From Candidatus Saccharimonadales bacterium (GTDB lineage: Bacteria > Patescibacteriota > Saccharimonadia > Saccharimonadales > UBA4665), in contig JBOHNS010000003.1 of assembly GCA_050730835.1 (NCBI GenBank), forward strand, positions 1-59,035: a stretch of DNA of 59,035 bases, given 5' to 3'. The notes under the pieces were generated by a model. The model did not search any database, was not told the DNA's origin, and saw nothing but the letters and a program-made list of their open reading frames with translations. Positions 43,462-53,112 of the stretch are shown here, piece by piece; position 1 is the first letter of the stretch; the number at the start of each line of letters is the position of its first letter. The translations under genes and the position numbers were made by a program.

Positions 43462-44028
43462 CTAATCCTTCACCCGTTCGCGGTAGGCGCCGGTCGTGGT
43501 ATCAATGGAAACAACTACACCTTCTTTTATAAAGGCTGGGACTTTGACGGTAATGCCGGTTTCTAACGTAGCGTTTTTCATGACACTAGAGGTTGTATCG
43601 CCTTTAACCGCGTCTTCGGTGTAAGTTACTTTTAGTTGCACATTTTTCGGCAAATCCAGACTAATTGGATTGCCATTAAAAAATTGCAGCGTTACTTTAT
43701 CGCCCTCTTTTATGTAGCCCGCGTAGTCCCCGACTAAATCGGCCGACACTTCAAACTGCTCGAAAGTCTGCTCGTTCATGAAGTGAAATGTTGCACCATC
43801 TGAATACAAATATTGTACAGTTTGATTCGTCACATCGGCAGTATCGAGCTTTTCGTTGCCTTTGAATGCCTTTTCTAAAACTCGACCATCGAACAAACTT
43901 TTTATGCGCACATTAACAATCGAACCGCCGCGCCCCATAACTTTTTGGCCATATTCGATCACGCGAAACGGCTGGCCTTCCCATTCAAAAACCGTGCCCT
44001 TTTTTAAATCGGTAATACTTAGCGCCAT
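43462..44028 (-). CDS. efp: Elongation factor P
   Basis: ITDLKKGTVFEWEGQPFRVIEYGQKVMGRGGSIVNVRIKSL and the three-domain length of 188 aa. Confidence 0.9.
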   Translation of the reverse strand: MALSITDLKKGTVFEWEGQPFRVIEYGQKVMGRGGSIVNVRIKSLFDGRVLEKAFKGNEKLDTADVTNQTVQYLYSDGATFHFMNEQTFEQFEVSADLVGDYAGYIKEGDKVTLQFFNGNPISLDLPKNVQLKVTYTEDAVKGDTTSSVMKNATLETGITVKVPAFIKEGVVVSIDTTTGAYRERVKD

Positions 44029-44037
44029 AACTTTCTC

Positions 44038-44373
44038 CTATTTTAATTCGTCAATAATTTGTTCAATTTGCGCACTGATTTGCGCCACGTCCACCGCGCT
44101 GAAGACATTATATTCGCTAAGCGCCAAGATGTTAGCCCGCAGCGAACCTAGCATTTTTCTAGCAGTCCGAGCATTTTCTAGCTGCTCATCTTTATTTTCG
44201 CTCATTTCATAATCACGAATGTCCAGCCTGGCGTCAGCCATTTCCCGCCGCAAACCATTAATAAGCTTAGCCTCTTTAACTGGCAAACTCAAAACATCAA
44301 TTCCCGACAATATGCCGTTAAATTGAGTCTGAAGCTGCGAAGCTAATAAAAAAGGCGAGCTTTGTTTTTCCAT
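44038..44373 (-). CDS. Hypothetical helical protein
   Basis: 111-aa ORF with good coding context between rpsR and efp. No family recognised. Confidence 0.45.
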   Translation of the reverse strand: MEKQSSPFLLASQLQTQFNGILSGIDVLSLPVKEAKLINGLRREMADARLDIRDYEMSENKDEQLENARTARKMLGSLRANILALSEYNVFSAVDVAQISAQIEQIIDELK

Positions 44374-44394
44374 ATTACCTTTTGTTAAAAATTA

Positions 44395-44500
44395 CTATAG
44401 AGTGATGCAATGCAAGGAAGCGATGAAGCCCGCAAGCGAGCCGTATTAAAATACGGCGAGCGCGGACTGGAATTGCTGACGCCGCAGTGCGCGCTCTATA
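44395..44500. repeat. Long imperfect palindrome, R2-like
   Basis: tatagagtg...gagccgtattaaaatacggcgag...gcgctctata. Same apex GTATTAAAATAC as the 14339 copy, but the arms are more divergent. Confidence 0.45.
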
Positions 44501-44513
44501 TTAATTTTAACTC

Positions 44514-44717
44514 TTAGTTGTTAGCTACAAATGGAAGTAATGCAATGTGCCGGGCACGCTTAATCGCCACCGCCAAATGGCGCTGCTGGCTCTCGTTCAA
44601 GCCCGTCTTTTTGCGCGTTTCGATTTGCCCGTAAATATTGACGTAGCGCTGCAACGTCTTAAAATCTTTGTAGTCAAAATAAGCTACATCAGTTTTATGT
44701 TTAAAAATCTTCGCCAT
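44514..44717 (-). CDS. rpsR: 30S ribosomal protein S18
   Basis: [54 protein letters not shown] at 44717; longest ORF reaches 44738. Confidence 0.85.
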   Translation of the reverse strand: MAKIFKHKTDVAYFDYKDFKTLQRYVNIYGQIETRKKTGLNESQQRHLAVAIKRARHIALLPFVANN

Positions 44718-44731
44718 AATTTTCTGGAACG

Positions 44732-44800
44732 GAGACAAACCTACGGTTTTTCTCGTCGCGCCGGCAAAATGGAATACATTTTGTCGGGCTGCTCTTTTCC
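44732..44800 (-). repeat. Family R1, copy d
   Basis: Minus strand GGAAAAGAGCAGC, hairpin CCGACAAAATGTATTCCATTTTGCCGG, then CGCGACGAGAAAAACCGTAGGTTTGTCTC. Ends 15 nt before the rpsR ATG. Confidence 0.6.
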
Positions 44801-44869
44801 CCTCCGTCCATGCTCCTTTCTTGTTTAATCTTAATAATTACGCTAATTATTTTAACGAATTTTGGCTAG

Positions 44870-44960
44870 TGCAGTTTGGGATGGAAACCGAGCACAAAAT
44901 CTTAAGCTGTATTTTAATACAGTGTAGATTTTTGACGCAGGTTTACGCCCAAAATGTGCA
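44870..44960. repeat. Long imperfect palindrome, family R2, copy 2
   Basis: tgcagtttgggatggaaaccgagcac...ctgtattttaatacag...gacgcaggtttacgcccaaaatgtgca. Arms are nearly collinear with the 14339 copy. Confidence 0.6.
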
Positions 44961-44972
44961 GCCATAAATTTG

Positions 44973-45461
44973 TTAAAATGGGATGTCGTCTAGATTAATC
45001 GGCTCGTCGCCGATATCTTCAATGGCGACATCTTCGTCTTTAGCTTTTTTGCTAGGCGCCGGTTTGCCGGTGGAACCATTGTCGTTGTCGTCGCTAGAGT
45101 TGGAGCCGCCATTATCATCGCTGCCGCCAGCGCGGCCATTTAAGAATGTTACGTCGCTAGCGTTTACTTCGACTTTGCTGCGCTTCACGCCGTCTTGTTC
45201 CCAACTGCTTGATTGCAATCTGCCTTGAACCAGGCAGCGGCTGCCTTTTGTCAAATATTGACTAACGCGCTCGCCCAGCGCTGCCCAGGCTACGATATTG
45301 ACGAAATCGGTCGCCTCTTGCCACTCGCCGCTTTGATTTTTGTAGGCGCGGTTGAGCGCCAAGCTAAAACTGCATACGCTTTGGCCGCTCGGGATTTGGC
45401 GCAATTCCGGATCGCGCGTTAAATTGCCCATTAAAATTACTTGATTTACGCTTCTGGCCAT
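44973..45461 (-). CDS. ssb: Single-stranded DNA-binding protein
   Basis: VNQVILMGNLTRDPELRQIPSGQSVCSFSLA OB fold. Acidic tail ends DDIPF. Confidence 0.9.
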   Translation of the reverse strand: MARSVNQVILMGNLTRDPELRQIPSGQSVCSFSLALNRAYKNQSGEWQEATDFVNIVAWAALGERVSQYLTKGSRCLVQGRLQSSSWEQDGVKRSKVEVNASDVTFLNGRAGGSDDNGGSNSSDDNDNGSTGKPAPSKKAKDEDVAIEDIGDEPINLDDIPF

Positions 45462-45480
45462 AATCTATCGCGGGGCTAAT

Positions 45481-45550
45481 AAGACAAAACTACGTTTTTC
45501 CCACCAGCGCGGTCAAAATGGAATACATTTTGCTTTAAGCTGCTCTTTTG
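45481..45550 (-). repeat. Family R1, copy e (degenerate)
   Basis: Minus strand GCAAAAGAGCAGC, hairpin AAAGCAAAATGTATTCCATTTTGACCG, then CGCTGGTGGGAAAAACGTAGTTTTGTCTT. Confidence 0.5.
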
Positions 45551-45593
45551 CCTTTAACCCCTACTCCTTTCTGCTTTGTTAATCATACCAAAC

Positions 45594-45983
45594 CTAAGAC
45601 TCTTCGTCATCTTCATTAGCGTCGTCATCCTCTTTGCCGCCGCCAACTTGCGCGCGCGCGGCTTTTTCGGCCTTGGCGGCTTCGGCTTTGGCGATGGCCT
45701 TTAAATCTGGCCTGGTAATTAGAAAACGTATGACTTCGCCAGTAATATTGAGCGTCGATTCGACTTTGGCAACGTTTGCGCCGGGCAATTCGACCGTGTA
45801 AAAAATGTAAATCGCCGATTCCGCCTTTTTAATTTTATAGGCCAGCTTGCGCTTGCCCCAATTATCGGATTTAACGACTTTGCCGCCGTTATCCGTAAAT
45901 ATTTTTTGGACGCGCTTTTCGGACTTTTCCAGATCGATTTCCAGATCCGGATCGTAGAGCACCACGATTTCGTATTGATTCAA
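45594..45983 (-). CDS. rpsF: 30S ribosomal protein S6 with an acidic/Ala-Lys C-terminal extension
   Basis: MNQYEIVVLYDPDLE...GKVVKSDNWGKRKLAYKIKK...IYIFY. Standard rpsF-ssb-rpsR gene order. Confidence 0.85.
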   Translation of the reverse strand: MNQYEIVVLYDPDLEIDLEKSEKRVQKIFTDNGGKVVKSDNWGKRKLAYKIKKAESAIYIFYTVELPGANVAKVESTLNITGEVIRFLITRPDLKAIAKAEAAKAEKAARAQVGGGKEDDDANEDDEES

Positions 45984-46253
45984 TTTGCTAAAACCTCCTT
46001 TGGATTATAAAGCCCGCGCGCACTTTAATTTTGGCCGCGAGCTAAAGTTTATTAATATTAGCAGCTTAGCGCATTTACCTCTATTCGTCAAGCAAATTAT
46101 CAGCCGCCGTTACAGCTCAATATCGCAACCTGGTAAAACATCCCATTTTTGACGCGATCGGTTCAATTATGCAACGCAGGATTAACTTTGGTTAAGGTTT
46201 TTATTTGTTAAATTTTAGAGTTTTTCGACTATAGCTTTTTAGTTGGAGGTTTT

Positions 46254-47132
46254 TCAAGCGGCTGGGGCTAGATCTAATTGCGAACAAATTTGGCGCAAGA
46301 GCAGACTACCGATTCTTTGGATTTTCCGAGCCCGTTTTTCACGGTTACGCGTCTGGCCAAAAGCAATCTCGTCGTGCACGACTTTTAGAGGTGCTTTTGC
46401 GTCTGGACACCACAAATTTTGGTTCAGCAATTGTTTGTAGCACCCATGCAAACAAGCCGTGTGCGGCTTGATAGCCAGTGCCAGGAACTGGTGTGCCAGA
46501 GCGCATTGTCGCTGTCTATCATCCTGGCTGTCCAGATTGTAAACTCGTAAAAATTCATTAATCAGTTTAGTTGGAATATTATCGACTGTTTGATTGTCCA
46601 GCACATAAGTTTCAAAAAATTGTTTGACCGATGTTTTGTCCATAATTCTAACCTCGCCGCTGGTTTGCAAACGCTGGATTTGCTCGTCGCTAAGCTTTGC
46701 TTGCCTCGGCGAATCGCCGTTAAAATCCAGGCCAAAGCGCGGCACATAGCCGGCGGCGCAAAAAACTAGTGCCTTAAAACGCGCTTCGTTGCTTTGCGGC
46801 AGGATCGGCCCACCGTAAGCCGAATGATAAGCATCGTGATACAAGCGCATGACGAACTGGCCACGACAATCGCGCACGGCACGGCCGTCTTGGCTGGCTA
46901 ATTCTGGAGATGAACTGGGATGATAGGCGTGGTTCCAGTCGGCGTAATTTTTGCCGCCGGCCGATCTTCGCTCGGCATTAAGCACAGTATTTTCTATTAA
47001 AACCTGGGTTGAAACGTTCGGCACAAGCAAAAGCGGTACGCCGGTTAATTCGTCGATAGGCGTCGCCTCGCGTCTAGAGTCTAGTTGGAGTGCCTGGCTC
47101 GACGGATTATTTAGCGAGAGTTCCGGCGACAT
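46254..47132 (-). CDS. Hypothetical protein
   Basis: 292-aa ORF, stand-alone. No family recognised by eye. Confidence 0.45.
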   Translation of the reverse strand: MSPELSLNNPSSQALQLDSRREATPIDELTGVPLLLVPNVSTQVLIENTVLNAERRSAGGKNYADWNHAYHPSSSPELASQDGRAVRDCRGQFVMRLYHDAYHSAYGGPILPQSNEARFKALVFCAAGYVPRFGLDFNGDSPRQAKLSDEQIQRLQTSGEVRIMDKTSVKQFFETYVLDNQTVDNIPTKLINEFLRVYNLDSQDDRQRQCALAHQFLALAIKPHTACLHGCYKQLLNQNLWCPDAKAPLKVVHDEIAFGQTRNREKRARKIQRIGSLLLRQICSQLDLAPAA

Positions 47133-47149
47133 TATTGGTTAGCCTCTTG

Positions 47150-47190
47150 CCGCCAAAAGAAAAACCTGTGCCGCCTCAGCAGCACAGGTT
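47150..47190 (-). terminator. Putative intrinsic terminator downstream of ftsK
   Basis: Minus strand AACCTGTGC, loop, GCACAGGTT, followed by TTTTCTTTTGG. Confidence 0.45.
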
Positions 47191-47365
47191 TGGCATTTTT
47201 GACAATAGAACAGCTCTTTAAGAAGAGCCAAGCGGCAGCGGCAGACCCGAATTTTACTATTCAGAAACGCCTGAATTGCCGCCACTTGATGCCCTCCATT
47301 TGGCATGTTTATTTTAATTTTATGTTAAAACAAAACGCTAGCGAAATGCAAGTTTTTATTAAATT

Positions 47366-49579
47366 TCAGGCGGTTGCACTGTCTTCGTCGCTGGAAAAAT
47401 CTTGGCTATCGGTTGCTTCGCTGCCGCCGAAGACATCATCCAGGCTGCTGATCAAAACTTCGCGGGCTTTGTTGCCGCTGGATGGACCGATGATGCCCTG
47501 CTCTTCCATTTTGTCAACGATTTTGGCGGCGCGACCGTAGCCAAGGCCGAGCCGGCGCTGCAATAAACTGGTACTGACTTTGCCGCTTTGCAGCGCCACG
47601 GCGACGGCGTCTTTGTAAACCGGTTCGTCGCTGGTGTCGACGTCTTGCGCTACGACGCTGCCCCGGCCGATTTGCACCGGCTGGCTAATAATTTCGTCGT
47701 CGTATTGCGGCGGCCGCTGCATTCGAATAAAATCTGTCACTTTGTGGGTTTCGGTATCTGATATAAAGGCGCCTTGCACGCGAATCGGTTTTGGCCGCTC
47801 AGCCGTCATTAATAGCATGTCGCCCTGACCAAGCAACTTTTCGGCGCCGATATGGTCGATCATAACGCGCGAATCTACCTGGCCAGGTACCGAAAAAGCG
47901 ATGCGCGCCGGAATGTTATTTTTGATTAAACCGGTTATCACGTCAACCCGCGGCGACTGCGTAGCCAAGACCAAATGAATACCGACAGCGCGAGCTTTAG
48001 CGGCAATGCGCACAATTAGCGCCTCCACGTCGCGCGCCGCCATCATCATCAAATCGGCTAGCTCGTCAATGATAATCACAATGTAGGGCATGCCTTCTTG
48101 CTGCTTGAAATTATTGTAATCGCCAATGTTACGCTTGCCAGCCGCTGATAATTCACGGTAGCGGCGCTCCATTTCGGCGACCGCCCATTTGAGCGCGCTG
48201 ATGCACTTTTCCGGCTCGATAATAACTGGCGTTAACAGATGCGGAATATCTTGATAAGGCGTCAACTCAACCCGCTTCGGATCAACCAAAATTAGCTTCA
48301 TATCGGACGGACTGTTGCGGTAAAGCAAGCTGGTAATTAGCGTGTTAATCATAATCGATTTGCCCGATCCGGTTTGGCCGGCGATAAGCAAATGCGGCAT
48401 TTTATCGAGCGCGCCGACAATCGGCTGGCCAGAGATATCTTTGCCGATTGCAAAGCCCAGTGGATTGTTGAGCTTTTGCCAGTCTTCAGAAGCCAGCAGC
48501 GAACCAACTCGCACCATGGCCGGCTTGACGTTCGGCACTTCTATGCCGACCGCTTTCTTGCCCGGAATCGGCGCTTCGATACGAATCGATTCGGCGCCCA
48601 AATCCAAGGCCAAGTTGCTTTCCAGCGCCGTAATTTTGGTCAGTTTGGTGCCGGCCGGCGGTTTGAGCGTGTATTGTGTAACGCGCGGTCCGACATTGGC
48701 CGATTCCATTTCGACATTAATATTAAAATTGCCGAGCGTTTCGCGAATCGTTTGGACATTTTCATTGACGTTGCCAGCGCCTGCTTTATCTTGCTGCTGG
48801 CTTAATAAATCAATGCCGGGAAATTGCCAATCGGTATCGCTCGCCAAAGTCAGGGCATCGTGGGATTCGGCTGAACTAAGTTTTTGGGCCGTGTTTTTGA
48901 TATTTGTGTGCTGTGGCTTTTCCAGCTCCGAAACATGCTCCACCGGCACGCCTTCATTCAGTTTGAAATCAGGCGGCTCGGCGCCTTGCTTGAGTGCAGC
49001 CAGATCGGTGTCATCATCTTTGGCGCCTCGTTCAAATAATTTGCCAATTTTTAATAATACTTTGGGCGAAATCCCAGCCGCGAAAAACGCCGCAAATAGC
49101 GCAAAAATAAAAAACATAATCGATGCCGGAAATTTATCCAGCGCACCCAAAACCGCGCCGCCAATTCCGCGGCCAAGCGCGCCGCCGTGCCCATGCTGCC
49201 AAACAGCCTGCGGTGAAATCCGACTGGCAAAAACCGTGAACAACCAGCAGCTCGCAAAAACCAGCGCCGCCAGCAAACTCACCAACCGCCCAAACGGCAT
49301 TTTATGCTCATCGTCCGCAAATTTATAAACCGCCCAATAAATAAAGGTCGGAATCAAGACCCAAGCTGCCCAGCCAAAAATAGCATAAGCGATGCTAAAC
49401 AAATCTTTCGGCAAAGCTCCGCCGCCGCCAAACCCGCCAAACAGCAAAAATAAGGCCAACACCAGCAAAACCACGCCGCCGGCAAACGGCCAAAAATTGG
49501 ATTGGCTTTTGGCGACCGAAGCCTGTTTTTTGGCAACCGTCTTTTTGGCGGCCGATTTTTTCTTTTTCTTTTTAGCCAT
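47366..49579 (-). CDS. ftsK: DNA translocase FtsK/SpoIIIE
   Basis: N-terminal TM block. Motor domain with Walker A LIAGQTGSGKS, IIIDELADLMM. C-terminal gamma winged-helix VSTSLLQRRLGLGYGRAAKIVDKMEEQGIIG. Confidence 0.9.
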   Translation of the reverse strand: MAKKKKKKSAAKKTVAKKQASVAKSQSNFWPFAGGVVLLVLALFLLFGGFGGGGALPKDLFSIAYAIFGWAAWVLIPTFIYWAVYKFADDEHKMPFGRLVSLLAALVFASCWLFTVFASRISPQAVWQHGHGGALGRGIGGAVLGALDKFPASIMFFIFALFAAFFAAGISPKVLLKIGKLFERGAKDDDTDLAALKQGAEPPDFKLNEGVPVEHVSELEKPQHTNIKNTAQKLSSAESHDALTLASDTDWQFPGIDLLSQQQDKAGAGNVNENVQTIRETLGNFNINVEMESANVGPRVTQYTLKPPAGTKLTKITALESNLALDLGAESIRIEAPIPGKKAVGIEVPNVKPAMVRVGSLLASEDWQKLNNPLGFAIGKDISGQPIVGALDKMPHLLIAGQTGSGKSIMINTLITSLLYRNSPSDMKLILVDPKRVELTPYQDIPHLLTPVIIEPEKCISALKWAVAEMERRYRELSAAGKRNIGDYNNFKQQEGMPYIVIIIDELADLMMMAARDVEALIVRIAAKARAVGIHLVLATQSPRVDVITGLIKNNIPARIAFSVPGQVDSRVMIDHIGAEKLLGQGDMLLMTAERPKPIRVQGAFISDTETHKVTDFIRMQRPPQYDDEIISQPVQIGRGSVVAQDVDTSDEPVYKDAVAVALQSGKVSTSLLQRRLGLGYGRAAKIVDKMEEQGIIGPSSGNKAREVLISSLDDVFGGSEATDSQDFSSDEDSATA

Positions 49580-49600
49580 ACGACTCTACATTATAACAGT

Positions 49601-49843
49601 TTAAGGCTGTTCAAGCGAATTGATATTTAACTCCTGTTTGCGGGTTTCGATGGCCGCAATCTGGCCGGCAAACTCTTCCGTAATATATGGGTTGGCGTGC
49701 GTTTGGCCGCCCGACTCCGCCAATTCGTCAAAATAAGCTTCGCGGACGATAAGCATGCCCAGTAAACTTGAATCGCCGGCGGCTTCACGCTCTAGCCAAG
49801 GGTGAGTTTCGAAATTAACAGTTTCCGACGAAGGTTTTGGCAT
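49601..49843 (-). CDS. Small hypothetical protein
   Basis: 80-aa ORF between rnj and ftsK. No motif recognised. Confidence 0.4.
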   Translation of the reverse strand: MPKPSSETVNFETHPWLEREAAGDSSLLGMLIVREAYFDELAESGGQTHANPYITEEFAGQIAAIETRKQELNINSLEQP

Positions 49844-49881
49844 AAATCATATTATATCACTATAACATCATATTTGTCAAA

Positions 49882-51906
49882 CTAATCGACGCGGGCGTCT
49901 TGGCTGAGCAAGCGTTCGCGCATTTCGCGGAAGCGCTTTTCCTGCTCGCTGGCGATTTCTTCGGATGATTTGGTTTTGCCCGCGTGAACGGTTTTAATAT
50001 CGCCCTTGCCGCCGATAATGTTTACTACCGGAATAACGATCGGGCTGCGACCGGTTTGTTCGAACAAAAAGTGCGTAATGTGTTCGCGCAGTTCCTGTTT
50101 GAAACGATCTAGTTCAATGCGTTTGTAGCGCTGGCCGACGGCGCGCTTTAGTTCCTGGCGCAAATCATTCATCAGCTCTTCGCTATCGCGCATGTAGATG
50201 AATCCCCGACTAATGATGTCTGGGCTAGCCAGCAAATTACCAGACTTTTTATCAACAGTTAAAATCACGGCAATTAAACCTTCTTCGCTCAAAAGCACGC
50301 GGTCTTTGACTACGATATTGCTAACAACCGAGCCAGTTTGATCGACCAAAATCGTACCGTGCGGCACTTCTCCGTCAACTGCCATTTTATCTTTCGTAAG
50401 AGTAATGACAGCGCCATTGCCGACATTCAAAGTGTTGGCGCGAGGTATGCCTTGCTCGACAGCCAAGTCTAAATGATATTTTTTGGCCGTATAATCTCCG
50501 TAAATCGGGATGAAGAATTTAGGTCTAGTCATGTTAATCATCTCGGCATATTCGTCGCGTGAACCGTGGCCGGAAACGTGCAGCGGGCCAACGCCGTCAA
50601 GTTCGTGCGTTTCGTGGCGAAAAACATGTACGTCTTTCTGCAGCAAACCATCAACCATTTTGCGAATATGGTCGTCGTTACCGGAATATGGAATCGGCGT
50701 GCTTGAAAGCACTACCGTGTCTGATTGTTTAAGTTTTATGTGGCGATGATCGCCGCTGGCCATGCGCTGCAACGCGGAACTCGGCTCGCCTTGGCTACCG
50801 GTACAAACCACTACAACTTCTTGATCTTTCATATTTGAAACATTAGCTATCGGCACGAATGTGCCTTTTGGAATTTTCATAAAGCCATGGCGAACGGCCA
50901 TTTCTAGGGTACTGACCATGCTGCGTCCGTCCATCGCCACTTTTTTGTTGTGGTGAACAGCAGCATTGACGATCATTTGAACACGGTTCATGTTTGTCGA
51001 AAACAAACCTATAAATACGCGGCCAGGCGCTTGAGTCATAATGTCCACGAAGCTCTGCTCTATCGTGCTTTCGCTAGGCGTGCGGCCCAAACGTTCAGGT
51101 GTCGTACTTTCACTTAACAACGCAAGCACGCCTTGTTTTCCAAGTTCCGTTAAGCGCTCAATGTCGCTCCGCTCATGATCTAGCGGATTCGGATCCAACC
51201 GAAAATCACCGGTATTGATAATCCGGCCAATGGGCGTGTCGAGCACAATACACGTGCTACCCGGAATCGAATGGGTTATGCGCACCAGCTCCACGAAGAA
51301 AACGCCGACTTTTAGCCGCTCGTGCGTGTCTTCATTCATCATGATAGTTTTTAGCTCAAAACCGTCGGGCATCGGCAAACCAAAGTTTTCAAAAATTTCT
51401 TCAACCCGGCCAATAGTAAATTTGCTGCCGTAAATCGGAGCCGGAAATTTCGGCACGATGTGCGGCAAGCCGCCAATATGATCCAGGTGTCCGTGCGTAA
51501 TTATGTAGGCTTTAAGCTTGGGCTTAATGCTTTCTAAATATGTAGTGTCGGCAATGGCATAATTAATGCCCGGCAAGTCAACGCCAAGTTCATTACCGCA
51601 GTCCAGAATCACGGCGTCATTCTGGTATTCGACCAACATCATATTCTTGGAGCCACCGCCGTCCATGCCGCCTAGACCGATTATTTTTAAGCGCGGCGAG
51701 TCGTCGATTACGTTAGCCCGCCGTTCTTTATTAGATTCTGCCGGCATCGCCGCTGCATATTGATTGGCAATTTTTTGCGCGTCTTCCTGGCTACGCCGCT
51801 GCGCACGAATAGCTGCGCCACGTGAACTGCGGCTACCGCCAGAATTACCGCTAGGCCGATTAGGCCTTTTATTATTGTTAGTTGAGTTGTTAGGATTATT
51901 ATTCAC
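49882..51906 (-). CDS. rnj: Ribonuclease J
   Basis: Metallo-beta-lactamase motif ITHGHLDHIGGLP, beta-CASP and C-terminal domains. GTG start preceded by AAAGGAG. N/S/R-rich N-terminal extension. Confidence 0.9.
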   Translation of the reverse strand: MNNNPNNSTNNNKRPNRPSGNSGGSRSSRGAAIRAQRRSQEDAQKIANQYAAAMPAESNKERRANVIDDSPRLKIIGLGGMDGGGSKNMMLVEYQNDAVILDCGNELGVDLPGINYAIADTTYLESIKPKLKAYIITHGHLDHIGGLPHIVPKFPAPIYGSKFTIGRVEEIFENFGLPMPDGFELKTIMMNEDTHERLKVGVFFVELVRITHSIPGSTCIVLDTPIGRIINTGDFRLDPNPLDHERSDIERLTELGKQGVLALLSESTTPERLGRTPSESTIEQSFVDIMTQAPGRVFIGLFSTNMNRVQMIVNAAVHHNKKVAMDGRSMVSTLEMAVRHGFMKIPKGTFVPIANVSNMKDQEVVVVCTGSQGEPSSALQRMASGDHRHIKLKQSDTVVLSSTPIPYSGNDDHIRKMVDGLLQKDVHVFRHETHELDGVGPLHVSGHGSRDEYAEMINMTRPKFFIPIYGDYTAKKYHLDLAVEQGIPRANTLNVGNGAVITLTKDKMAVDGEVPHGTILVDQTGSVVSNIVVKDRVLLSEEGLIAVILTVDKKSGNLLASPDIISRGFIYMRDSEELMNDLRQELKRAVGQRYKRIELDRFKQELREHITHFLFEQTGRSPIVIPVVNIIGGKGDIKTVHAGKTKSSEEIASEQEKRFREMRERLLSQDARVD

Positions 51907-51941
51907 GGGTTCTCCTTTTGTTAGTTTATATAAATAAATTT

Positions 51942-52553
51942 TTAGTTTACTTGGTTGATGATTTCCGGAATCCGCGCGAAATCGTCGATTAATGTCTGGC
52001 GCATTGATCCATTATACAAAGCGGCAGCGGGATGAAATAACGGCAGAATTACTATTTCTAGCACGTCTTTAGCTTCCTTTAGGCTAAGTTTTACGCGCTT
52101 TGGCTTGCCATGGCATTTACTAATTTGCAGATCCGGCAAGAAGCAATTCAGACTGTGGCGACCTAATGTCGCCACAATTTTCGGCTGAATAACTTCTAGC
52201 TGGGCCTGTAAATAAGGCAAAAACTGTTTCTTTTCTTCCGGCAACGGATCGCGGTTATCCGGCGGCCGATACTTTACAATGTTCGTGATATAAACGTCCT
52301 CGCGCTTTAGTCCTATCATCTCTATCATTTCGTTAAGAAATTTCCCGGCTGCACCGACAAACGGTTTACTCTGCAAATCCTCATTTTTGCCAGGCGCCTC
52401 GCCGATAAACACAATTTCCGCCGCCGGATTACCATCGCCAAAAACCAATTGCGTAGCACCCGCCACCAGTTCCGGACAAACTTTATCCGCTAAAATTTTA
52501 GCTTGTATTTCGTCTAGCGCCTTTTGATTAGCCATTAGCTTGTTACTTGTCAC
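51942..52553 (-). CDS. Uracil-DNA glycosylase, family 4
   Basis: VFIGEAPGKNEDLQSKPFVGAAGKFL and C-terminal HPAA motif. Confidence 0.8.
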   Translation of the reverse strand: MTSNKLMANQKALDEIQAKILADKVCPELVAGATQLVFGDGNPAAEIVFIGEAPGKNEDLQSKPFVGAAGKFLNEMIEMIGLKREDVYITNIVKYRPPDNRDPLPEEKKQFLPYLQAQLEVIQPKIVATLGRHSLNCFLPDLQISKCHGKPKRVKLSLKEAKDVLEIVILPLFHPAAALYNGSMRQTLIDDFARIPEIINQVN

Positions 52554-52559
52554 GATACA

Positions 52560-52925
52560 TTATCCTTTTGCCTGTAACGATGGAGTTTTGGTGGTGTTAA
52601 TAGTTTTTTGCAAAATCATAACAAAACGCTGGGTTTGATCTTGTAGTTCCCTATTCTTAGTCTCGTTATCGCCTAACTTTTCTACTAATTTTAGCCAATA
52701 TAGCGACTCGGCGGCTTCTTTTTTAGCGATATAGATTTTGTTGATAAAATCCCGTTTTGAAGCTGCATCCTGCGCTTCCGAATAGTTCGCTCCAATACTT
52801 GTGATAGAGCGAGTGAGCTGGTTGATAACCGGCAGAGGAATCGGCTGTTTCTCGACAAACCGTATCACTCCAACGCTTAAATCGAGCATTCCATCAACGA
52901 TTTTCTTACTAATTTCATTCGACAT
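52560..52925 (-). CDS. Four-helix-bundle protein (23S rRNA intervening-sequence protein family)
   Basis: LTRSITSIGANYSEAQDAASKRDFINKIYIAKKEAAESLYWLKL is the family signature. Confidence 0.75.
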   Translation of the reverse strand: MSNEISKKIVDGMLDLSVGVIRFVEKQPIPLPVINQLTRSITSIGANYSEAQDAASKRDFINKIYIAKKEAAESLYWLKLVEKLGDNETKNRELQDQTQRFVMILQKTINTTKTPSLQAKG

Positions 52926-53112
52926 AATCGTTACAAGTTACAAGCTAATGTTTAGTCACAAGTGACATGTTACAGGTTAATTATTTCCATTTTCGACGTC
53001 TTTTCCGCCTACGTTTCGCTGCTTTCTGTAATCTGATTGCAGACTACAGAAAACCGGAAACTCCTGTGGACTTCGCTGGTTTATTGTTAAATTTGCCGCC
53101 GTCATCTTAAAA

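Noticed and set aside
48342-49328. 328-aa plus-strand ORF, and similar long antisense ORFs (8436..8978, 19648..20425, 25585..26658)
   Set aside because: They lie antisense to well-supported genes (ftsK, the PH-domain gene, pilB, the giant adhesin gene) and have low-complexity, Ser/Pro/Arg-rich composition typical of shadow ORFs.
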